The notes under the pieces were generated by a model that saw only the letters and a program-made list of their open reading frames with translations, had not been told where the DNA came from and searched no databases. DNA of 32,000 bases from Candidatus Iainarchaeum sp. (GTDB lineage Archaea > Iainarchaeota > Iainarchaeia > Iainarchaeales > 0-14-0-20-34-12): NCBI GenBank assembly GCA_030649345.1, contig JAUSKK010000054.1, positions 1-32,000 of the forward strand, written 5' to 3'. The translations under genes and the position numbers were made by a program. Positions within the stretch are counted from its first letter, which is position 1. Each line of letters begins with the position of its first letter. Shown here in pieces: positions 18,501 through 24,200 of this stretch.

Positions 18501-18628
18501 TTTCTGTTTTCAAAAATATCTGCCACTTTGTAGACTGGAATTTTGTGACTATCTAACCAATCCAAAAAACCATAGTATTTATCTTCGAGTTTAGTATACG
18601 ATGATTTCAATGAATTGCCCAGTCCCAT
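9494..18628 (-). CDS. Giant membrane-anchored surface protein, paralog 2 (3044 aa)
   Basis: Uninterrupted ORF in the track, with GGTG 5 nt upstream of the ATG. N-terminus: KLEDKYYGFLDWLDSHKIPVYKV...IPSFP plus TM (FPIAVLLLVLILAGLFMVLV, about nt 18431-18490). At least 5 carboxypeptidase-regulatory-like beta-sandwich repeats follow, e.g. LVVSVVDEHQQPVENAKIRLKDSQDTPIGAQLTTGTDGRVEFTNIVPGDYYVFVLKQGFEG. It also has Q/G/Y/P low-complexity tracts and a long helical region punctuated by single Cys residues. Confidence 0.92.
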   Translation of the reverse strand: MGLGNSLKSSYTKLEDKYYGFLDWLDSHKIPVYKVADIFENRNIPSFPIAVLLLVLILAGLFMVLVPSQTALSLSVYSEEGTALGNAEITLTVGEQTTTTNTNEEGILELKVPLQKDFSVTVSKEGFVSQTQNYSALTQADTQTIRLRKEITLLNKTVQFMQGSAVLSTSVTATFSCANASAAYTSTVTVEDGLANVQNIPSNCGSLLVDNITGFNVSGQQVSLEQALPQIFLAQDEVLKGSVTVQAEDSTGNTVSEVRVQLMNTNGTSSDRDDLIETSEVTSESGAVNFTEINAGEYYIVVSGNGLYEDYTSEPRVLRAETSISFTAVLQTTTLGEIKVKVMDSTTQTVIAGALVKLKTGASQPYEAYTNTAGQVVLNVPASTTYSLEVDKAGYNIATQNNVRAQAQEYSISLQAVSVVNAQALVVSVVDEHQQPVENAKIRLKDSQDTPIGAQLTTGTDGRVEFTNIVPGDYYVFVLKQGFEGKASTEFTVREREIKEVSVSLTIGTTAIELSLLDAEQQAVQGALVKVLEKGTNRTLQELTSNIDGKVTAQVRADKQVFFVIEADEFLPYVTVPMNAAVANLQARLIELEKDVSGLTVKLKNLELEGETIQNSVSAGRKYLATVQVLAPQGSNLDTVGVHLRTGREQEGTTTALDEDNSLIREVLSIGVIKKGTTYTPNNNTATDYSKLTTGDSKWANVEWTINRNGLPAFGVFEVQAEILVQPEAVQGDVVQVLYRGYGIKGNTYTRDPRDDSLGTEENTGQKQNLYAEAKVQVYTVGPSNLCSQGFCKILQIENVSTRLKSNVIDSYSAGITGNYRLHFTLTKTTTGLLANAQLQIVNETAGIVLKGYNITDAQGRKVTGTGNGSELNLEIGSLEKDGQITGTLDFEATKEGFNPLELSLVSGQQKTFTHALGIEVLPAAELKIEVLPIAIIPFVDNPIVVKVTDITGQPIANAEVIASINPIVAQGTTNSEGIFAFKLESPNVDSILKIEVKKNSFKANNLEIKIDETLVAVKPLELKLDLTPGSGSSKSLEIILVNITPLPLTISKVTLDSKSTELVQAKNLKEIEGLKLDVNHDSNASILFELTEKGKLVTETQTIDGMLAFQITNSTVGKTWTARIPLKFRILLGNEVDLADCLTFTPSTWKFATETAQESIDVKIKNSCTVEGIPISLQNISAKIDWKTAQPLGEMRIESELFKDKGAVALNEQEQKLAQVFPESKEGTVRFTFIPDKKIKSAKAKPTLIISGSHQTLAGPETLTAKLETDAIVSQLSQCVEIIERQPLQLYTCGYDLGSGIMQNSFGFNQGMTDPRFSGLYGGQGIPQGQYPTNFGRYAGTVGTQPTQTGQPIYGSANYSPYDQYQNTLYNRPTSVFDSPYRSQQGYGMQSPLFGNSFSCTDPNNPVSQGKFLIRNNCEVSVELKIEPDSRLRVGKPGIELQPKQEAEVTVSPTIFSGRYPVSINGRILGAETSFIGLGELQATVMRAGEVEQMCKPVLSPSTFQVDFVTSIASTGKITNNCVDFGYKLDPTFGLQNIECYPVATSDMLRMPNQSCGVTVPAQQQFQQQGFQGQQQGLLPGQQMIPGRGLYNLGACPLISYINTTPAVIQGGSGQSRSEVLHFSVYYNPQVIDQFPGFTEGSVNQQVGNLRISASRFGHSIISPGRVTVPYFTPTGPQVELFDVQFVDPYQAFGVFDTVMQAGDIDIQPAACLRAKTSSTKQDYFDVTARDGWLNDKLHFTNGSDAYAFKRSDQVTDYLMKIPRNRADVAQRGKCADGPVCGTGDFLTLEGDGSYTDDSGVKLQFGVTDEGHNGLLTIDRSAMKQNCAVINLSESGSPARFRITRTQNNPGTSDILQLPVKVKVLNKGVTVKQVEAQEKAGTLDTFCATTTGTPAEIGKTLAGAAAKAEAEKVTDTELKTELKQLADDIIAGKVNCDQLKVKETALLTKYPGDENKKSINLVIGTAREQLKCTTATPVTPPTGLTGIAKEIDDLDKALNKNSGFDCTATSLADIAKLKVKAATESAEAVAKVTKLEQDYKDKCTDPYQWLLNTGKAKGFPANYKTVLDALRTAVNPTVCKPDPNTEKVQLMNQVALASSDAADKATNSTVFGAKADELIDQGKKACAEKAAADARALAAAPVLNKIKIANPTLYAKLKSLTETAHTVCPFTGTTFAEQKADLDKLLAEIDAIDASLWNPTEKQIMKEAMKKIFVEKCPPEAANTEALVDARTQKMKTAGFPDALADRWNALMKKLLSDDCTGYTKTGVQAEIDAFIRDYTTEFNRLVPNWETDYQKAIDFETTHALSIPKLEKANLEFFNSEKEKRCNATAAAKADRSAFYCSVGDIALAKAADAPVTGTDAVTKYGLDKLLFTWAEADFTAETCENKFCDATQFTLSMTKKVKDLQEKAVKVVQARLAAADSVNFKEVCTQVQPIELHSLTKKTITLKDEENKAQAFYVKGASLLKAGFKQGRTETTCNGNDLIATLTGVSATDTGTQISTLKTNLTNVSTRVQECYDMQDSVPIVLVFEGTTLTNTDSPVLNTIKTSVAELQSASAPTGLQNKYLMTYEEYSQLVSGLLDVLQKTGTNAGTCNNGTIDQCQSTISGLTIQGTTNEWITALNALNNSLEEVLPTYKVLPSNSAQINALLIEQADNYTTSDLPSGVDLKPFKAYLIGDGQETSANFTGHFDSTYPGNNVNSDWTFKQVKLEGTILTSDDEVSAKKMSPGKNSGLYTVQLDEIVAVNITNWTVTPAGPTVKFGLAQTLAEMDTANTTEYAKNLLFSLPFDGELGMTGTDTREGYGVSIEEGFKLTLDGANPLAKTLGTGSTLALKQTGYKQLFEDVKNGKLLTLTKQANAVDLLFSPSTVSGIKLLNTTSKANTVYLTLTESATTSHLPGALPSDKLVGFKTDKDQKNTITELVKDFTRESARTTCANIVKENAAQVTIASGTASVIGVVYVPKESNARNLLVLCSEQSIQLQSNLTTTPTISGTSGGAVSLLTNPYSAGLKQMVEDIQTEKLCMNTTDTATEIVWNAEKFLVN

Positions 18629-18688
18629 TTAAACACCAAAGTTAACTTTGTAACTTTACTTTATAACTATAATATTTACCTTATTAGT

Positions 18689-18701
18689 CTTTTTAAAGCT
18701 T
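18689..18701 (-). promoter_or_regulatory. BRE/TATA-like box AAGCTTTAAAAAG upstream of giant 2
   Basis: Lies 61-73 nt upstream of ATG 18628, in the 134-nt spacer after the pilin-like gene. It has the same core as 7240-7252 and 7766-7781. Confidence 0.4.
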
Positions 18702-18762
18702 CTCTTACTGGTTTTTGTGCATTTTTCTACTAATATATTAGTCTTCTTTATATTATATATTA

Positions 18763-20184
18763 TTATGGCCTGTTTTCGCAAGTAAATGGTCCACTAGGCG
18801 CTCCGTTTGTTTGACAATTCCAGTGTGTATTTGGAGTAAATCCTTGAGGCAAAATATCCAATGGATTACTTCTCATTTCTATTTTGTATTCTGTATCCAA
18901 TAATTTATTCACTTTGTATAAATCATTTTCTTCTTTGATTCCAACTTGTACTCTTAAAATATTAATTCCTGCGCATTGTGCACTTCCAGTTCTATTGTTT
19001 CCATAATAATTTTCTGCAGTTGGAGTATTGGATACTTCGGGAGTAATTTTTATTCCAACTTTGCTTACGCCTACTGTACATTCTCCTGTGCTAGCATCCA
19101 ATGCAATTCCAAAATCATTTCCTACTCCTTCAATTGGAATATTTTTGGTTTGAATTTGTGCTTGTACTTTTTGACAAGTTTGAAATTCAGTGTATTCATG
19201 CAAGGCATTGTTGGCAGAATTTTCTGCACTGAATTGAAATTGAATTGGATTGCCGCGAACACTGGGTCCAAAAGTAACTCCTGCATTGGGTGCTCCAGCT
19301 GAACTTTCTCCAATACAGGCATTGTTTCCAAGATTTTGTTGTGAAACTATTGCAGAATATTTATCGCACGTATTTGGAATGCAGGCTCCCAAAGCCCAAG
19401 TGTCTAGTTCTCCTCCAGTTCCAGAAAAGTTTTCATTCATGACTCCGCTATTGCCTTGTGGATCTGCAATTGCTCGAGCATACGTTAATGCTTTAAATAT
19501 TCTTAACGGAACATATATTCTGACATCATTGTCCGGCAAAATGGGATCTTTTAATATTCGTCCAGTGCTTTTGTCTTCCACTACAATTTTCGGCAAATTT
19601 TCTCGGTCTGTTGGAGTTAATGAAGATAATTTTAAGTTTACATAAAATGTTCCAGTCGGGCATTCGGTATCTTTATCTTCTCCTAATTTTCCAGTGCATT
19701 CAATGACTTCAAAAAATTTATTTTGTTGATCAATGGGCAAGGTTGGATCCGGCAAACTGTTTTGTACAATGGTTCTCATGGAGTTTCTGAATCCTTCAAT
19801 GTTTTCTGCTTTAATGGAATAGGTTGAAAACGAAAAACCAAATCCTTGATATAATGCAATTAAGAAATTTGCAGCAGTATCTGCAAAAGCTGTTCTTCCT
19901 GTAGTGGTTCCAAAAGTTCCGTTGGCAAAATCATTCACCAATAAATCCCAGTTATCCCAGTTGGTTACAGTGAATACATTGTTGGGGTCAGATAAATATT
20001 CATGCATTTGTTTGCGGATTCCGAAATTAAAAATTTGAATAGCGTCAGCTCTTGTTAATTCAGCTACACTTTCCAGTCTGGATTGTTCTTGGATGTCTGC
20101 AATAATATTCTGCGTATTGTTTTCGGTTTGAATCATGGTATTGACTAAGACTGCAGTTAATACAATTAAAATCATGCCTACCAA
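18763..20184 (-). CDS. Secreted/anchored Cys-rich protein with a type IV pilin-like N-terminal hydrophobic segment (true start probably upstream at 20217, see findings)
   Basis: 473-aa ORF in the track, TTG start. After the N-terminal helix (VGMILIVLTAVLV) comes a polar helix NIIADIQEQSRLESVAELTRADAIQIF, then a region of about 400 aa with 14 Cys residues, mostly falling into short-spaced pairs (CTGKLGEDKDTEC, CIPNTC, CQTNGAPSGPFTC). The in-frame codons between the TAA at 20220-20218 and the TTG read I-N-S-K-A-F-N-L-F-T-A. Confidence 0.8.
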   Translation of the reverse strand: MVGMILIVLTAVLVNTMIQTENNTQNIIADIQEQSRLESVAELTRADAIQIFNFGIRKQMHEYLSDPNNVFTVTNWDNWDLLVNDFANGTFGTTTGRTAFADTAANFLIALYQGFGFSFSTYSIKAENIEGFRNSMRTIVQNSLPDPTLPIDQQNKFFEVIECTGKLGEDKDTECPTGTFYVNLKLSSLTPTDRENLPKIVVEDKSTGRILKDPILPDNDVRIYVPLRIFKALTYARAIADPQGNSGVMNENFSGTGGELDTWALGACIPNTCDKYSAIVSQQNLGNNACIGESSAGAPNAGVTFGPSVRGNPIQFQFSAENSANNALHEYTEFQTCQKVQAQIQTKNIPIEGVGNDFGIALDASTGECTVGVSKVGIKITPEVSNTPTAENYYGNNRTGSAQCAGINILRVQVGIKEENDLYKVNKLLDTEYKIEMRSNPLDILPQGFTPNTHWNCQTNGAPSGPFTCENRP

Positions 20185-20226
20185 TGCAGTGAATAGATTA
20201 AATGCTTTCGAGTTTATTTAAAAAAA

Positions 20227-20232
20227 CCTCCT
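20227..20232 (-). promoter_or_regulatory. Perfect Shine-Dalgarno AGGAGG serving the pilin-like gene
   Basis: The minus strand reads AGGAGG-TTTTTTTAA-ATA AAC TCG AAA GCA TTT.... That is a 9-nt spacer to the in-frame ATA at 20217-20215, but 42 nt to the first canonical start (TTG 20184). Confidence 0.6.
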
Positions 20233-20243
20233 GTTTTTTAAAA

Positions 20244-20269
20244 ATATAAAATTCTTCTGAATTTTATAT
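20244..20269. promoter_or_regulatory. Perfect 11-bp-arm palindrome atataaaattc-ttct-gaattttatat between the DinD-like 3' end and the pilin-like gene
   Basis: ATATAAAATTC (20244-20254) is the exact reverse complement of GAATTTTATAT (20259-20269). It could be a terminator hairpin for the upstream gene, or an operator/TATA element (TTTATAT) for the downstream one. Confidence 0.4.
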
Positions 20270-20310
20270 CAACAAATCATGTATAGAATAAGGGTTTGTT
20301 TTTATTTAAT

Positions 20311-20784
20311 TTATGGTTTAGCTTTAGGCTTGTTTTTGGTCAATTGTCTTCTTTTTTCCTTTTCTGGTTCTTTTAAGTAATTTTCTGAAATCATGACTTT
20401 TTCTCCAGCTTCTATTTCTAAGTTTTTTCTAGCATCTCCTGCAATGGTTCCTCCTTTGACTGCAGCTATTTTGTTTTCAAAAAATCCTTGCGCATTTTTG
20501 TTTTTAGCAATATGTGTAATGGAAGCTTCGCCTAACATTGTAAAGATTAGTTCTAAATCGTTCATATGATCTCTTAGATTTTCTTTTTTTAATTCTTTGA
20601 ATTTTTTGTATTCGTCTACAGTTTTTCCGAAAGTAGCTTTTGAAATTTCGTTAGTTAGTATTGCAAATTCTTTTCCTTCATTTACTTTTCGATTTTTCCA
20701 CTCATCCGTTAATTCTTGTCGTACTGCAATTCCGCGAACTCTTTTCTCAATCCATTCATTGGAATATCCTTTTTGTTGATACAA
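20311..20784 (-). CDS. C-terminal fragment of a split Bro-N/DinD-like (DNA-damage-inducible protein D family) gene
   Basis: KGYSNEWIEKRVRGIAVRQELTDEWKNRKVNEGKEFAILTNEISKATFGKTVDEYKKFKELKKENLRDHMNDLELIFTMLGEA matches, from memory, the conserved C-terminal half of DinD-like proteins. The only available start is a TTG directly abutting the upstream TAA, in the same frame. Confidence 0.7.
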   Translation of the reverse strand: MYQQKGYSNEWIEKRVRGIAVRQELTDEWKNRKVNEGKEFAILTNEISKATFGKTVDEYKKFKELKKENLRDHMNDLELIFTMLGEASITHIAKNKNAQGFFENKIAAVKGGTIAGDARKNLEIEAGEKVMISENYLKEPEKEKRRQLTKNKPKAKP

Positions 20785-21174
20785 TTATTTCATTCTTTTT
20801 TGTGCCAATTCTGGATCTTGAATTTCCTGCACTCTTTCATATCCAACTTTTGCCAGCCATAGTTTGAAGGGTTCTGCTTTCGGAGAAAGAATGGATTGAA
20901 TGATTCGAAAAGCACCTTCTGTATTGACGCAGTTTGTTTCTCTTTTTTTGCCGTCTGGTGCGAGAAGTTCAAGTGGGGTACAAATTGTACCCCAGTTCGA
21001 ATCCAAAATTGGGCCCCGGTTGCGCATCTTTTTGATGTACTGCTTGGGGTCTGAACTCTCTGTTAAAATGACCACTGTGTCAAATATAGAAAACCACCAT
21101 TCATTCTTATGCCAAACTTTTCGTATTTGTTTTCCTTCAAAAATAGCAATTGCATTTTCTTCATTCATTTTCAT
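20785..21174 (-). CDS. N-terminal Bro-N (phage antirepressor-like) fragment of the split Bro-N/DinD-like gene
   Basis: IAIFEGKQIRKVWHKNEWWFSIFDTVVILTES...TEGAFRIIQSILSPKAEPFKLWLAKVGYERVQEIQDPELA shows the Bro-N pattern (F....IR.....e.WF.a.Dv...L). It ends at a TAA in frame with the next ORF. The start is either ATG 21174 or ATG 21168. Confidence 0.75.
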   Translation of the reverse strand: MKMNEENAIAIFEGKQIRKVWHKNEWWFSIFDTVVILTESSDPKQYIKKMRNRGPILDSNWGTICTPLELLAPDGKKRETNCVNTEGAFRIIQSILSPKAEPFKLWLAKVGYERVQEIQDPELAQKRMK

Positions 21175-21293
21175 TCACTCTAGTTTAATTTTTTCAAATA
21201 GTTTAAATACTTGTTTAAGGTAGACTTCCGGTATTTCCGGTTAGTTTATTGGAATCTGTTGGGCTAGAATTAGTTTTATGAATTAATTTATGT

Positions 21294-24200
21294 TTAGTTT
21301 TTGCACTTGACTTTTGTTGTTGATAATCCTGAAATGCCCAGTGCTTTAATTTGGACTTCAGCTCTGTTCTGGATGCAGAATTTTGAAAATTTTTCGTATT
21401 GTTGTTTAACCAGTGAAACAAATTCTTTTTCAGTTCCAATTGCTTTATGCAAGTACCTTGCAGAGATTCCATTATAGTCTCCTGTGGATGTTCCATTATA
21501 GTAATTCTTTAATGCTGTTTCGAAATTGGGTGAATTAATTCCACTGGAGTCTGTGTAAGGTTGATCCAAGGCTTTCCAATCATTCAGTCTTTTTGCAATG
21601 CATTTAATGTTTTCTTCAGCATTGTTGACGCTAACTGCATCATGGGTGTCACATAATCCGATGTAGTCTGCAATTAAGTCTACTCCTGTTAATTGTTTGT
21701 TGTCTCCTTGAGCAAATCCAATTCTGGTTGTTACATTCATTACTGCAAATATCAATGCATCATCTACGTTTGCTTTTCCTTCTGTTGCTTTGGCTATTTC
21801 GCTTTTGTATTTTTGGTATCCTACAAATTCAAATACATCGGTGCCTTGGTTTTCACTTGGAGCAGGCACTCGTAAATTTCCAATGACTGGTTTTTCACTT
21901 AAATAACTGGCATCGCATTTGGCTTTGATTTCATTCTTTTCTGGAATGTCTGCAGGTCTTTCTGGTTTATTGCATAAATTTTGAATAATATACTTTCTAT
22001 CTCCTGCTTTTCCAACAGAAATATCAACGCGGTGTGCACAATTGTTTTTGAGTATTTGTCCAAAAGGTATAGGAATAACATCTGCTTTTCCGTCTCCGTC
22101 AATGTCGGAAATATCTTTTCCGCTAAAGTCTTGAGTTCCTATTCCGGCTGTCAAATTTCGTTTAAATAAGTCATCCCATGCTAAATTTCCTGCTCCGTTG
22201 GCTAAGCCTGCACACAGTATTCCTTTTCCCAATCCTTTAGCTCCTTCCCAAGTAAACATATTTCGAATAACTGAACCCAATCTAGCCAATCTTCCTCGGC
22301 TGAAGCTTACTGTTTCTCCTTCAATTCCTTCTTTGATAATTGCTTTGAATTCTTCAGAATCTTTTAATAATTGTTTGGCTGCTTCTCCTTCGCGTTGAGC
22401 TGGATTAGCTAATTCGCTGTAATTGATTTCTGCAGTTCCAATTTTTACTTTAGCTCTTCCAGTAGTAGCTGCATTTTCTAATAAAATATTTCCTGGACTT
22501 TCAGGAGCTAAATTTAATGCTCTTTTGGTGGCTTGTTCTATTTGCACTGCATCTAATTTGAAATGAATTTTTCGAGCAACTTCGTTGGGTCTAGTTTCTG
22601 TGACTGTTCCAAAATTGTGATAAATTTCGTTGACTGTTTCTTTGCTTCCAACTTCTTGCAATACTTCTTTGACTAATTTTTGGTTTTCACTTTTTTCTAC
22701 TAATTCTTCCAATAAATTGGTTCCAAATGTTTGCTCCATTCTGGTTTGTACATTGGTTGCATGAATATTGTCAAGAATGGCATTAATGACTCTTGTTCTT
22801 CCAGGTGCTCCAGTTCCAATGGATCGTGTGTCTGTAATGGTTAATTTTCCTGGAATTTCGTCATAAATTGCTTTCAATTCATCTACACTGGCTTGTTCTA
22901 ATTTTTCTGTTAAATGAGAACTTTCTTTAGCTAGTCTTTCAATGGTTTCAGTTAATTGTTCTTTGGTAAAACGTTTTTCTAATTCTTTGACTACTTCTTT
23001 GGTTCCAACTTGAGTTGTTCTAGACGTTGATCCTTTTTCAATAACATCTCCGACTGTTAGATTTCCTGGATTTAATGTTAATACTCCAGGTGTAGCTAAT
23101 TCTGCTTCAATGTTTGCAATAAATGCTGTTTTGGTTACATCATCTATGCGTCCAGCTAAATTTCCGGATTCTTCTACACTGCTCCAGATACTTTCTGCAA
23201 TTCTGTGACGAATGGATGTTAATTCTGTTTGCACTGTTGGATTGCCCATTTGTGCTGCAATAGCTGCGGCATCTCCGCTGGCTAATAATTCTCCAATAGC
23301 TGGTGTTACCTCTAAAGCAATTCCTTTTTCTCCAATGCTTTTCGCTGCAGCTTCAGCTGCAGTTAATGCTTGAGTTCGAATTCCTTTTCTGGCATCGATT
23401 ACTGCATCTTCTACTTTTTGTAATTCTTCAGCATATCCTGCTCCAGGTGCTCGGTATCTTGGAGCTAAAGCAGCATTGCTTGCTCCAATTTCTTGATACA
23501 ATGTTCTGAATCTTTGAGCCAATGCTGGATCTGCTTTGGCATGCGTTAATGCAGCATCAAATTCTGTTTGCAATAATTGTGCTGTTACTATTGTTTTGGC
23601 TCTTTGCAATGCTGTAATTCGTTCTTGAATACTGTGTTCTAAAATGGCATGCAATTCATTTCGAATTAAACCCCAATTTACAGGCCTGGGGATGGGTGCT
23701 GCTCCATACAATCTGTTTCCAATAGCTTCAATTGAATTGTTAGTCATTAATTGGGTTACTTCAGCTACTTGTCCTGCGGTTAAAATTTTTCCACTGACTT
23801 GCAAGTATTCTCCAATAAATGCTCCAATTGTTACACTGGTTAATGCTTGTTCTAATCTTCCGCCAATTATGCCAGTGTCATTATTGTTGGCTGCATCAAT
23901 GACTGCTTGTCTGGGATCAGGCGTAGGCAAATTTTGGTAAGCTGTAATGTCTTGACTTAAATTATAAGGCGGTAAAACATAGTCTCCTAAATTTTTCAAA
24001 GTTTGAGAATAATCCACTCCCGGCATATTGAATAAAGCAGAGCCTGCTGTAATTCCGCAATCTCCGGCAACACTTAAAGCCAATCCGCCTAAACCTATTC
24101 CTCCACGGAATGAAATTGCATTGCAGGCTATAGATACGGCTGCACAGGTTCCAGTGTATCCTGCTAAAGCCCATTTTTTGGCTGTTCGAACTTCTTGATA

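Noticed and set aside
18976-19645. ORFs of 69-131 aa overlapping the pilin-like gene
   Set aside because: They are antisense or off-frame relative to the 473-aa ORF, which has a coherent signal plus Cys-rich ectodomain architecture.
20785-20787. TAA reassigned as a sense codon, or an alternative genetic code, as the explanation for the split Bro-N/DinD gene
   Set aside because: TAA cleanly terminates giants 2 and 3, the pilin-like gene, the RHH gene, mazE and others. TAG terminates the PIN gene and TGA terminates mazF. The giant ORFs are open under the standard code. There is no sign of recoding in this window.
20597-21223. Plus-strand ORFs of 60-107 aa opposite the Bro-N/DinD-like fragments, and the 60-aa off-frame minus ORF at 20790-20972
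   Set aside because: The minus-strand frame carries clear family motifs (Bro-N; KGYS.EWIEKR..LTDEWK..KKENLRDHM). The others are shadows.
21215-21496. 93-aa minus-strand ORF overlapping the 3' end of giant 3
   Set aside because: It is off-frame over the last ~200 nt of giant 3 and its translation is low quality. The SLT-like alignment of the giant frame explains this DNA better.
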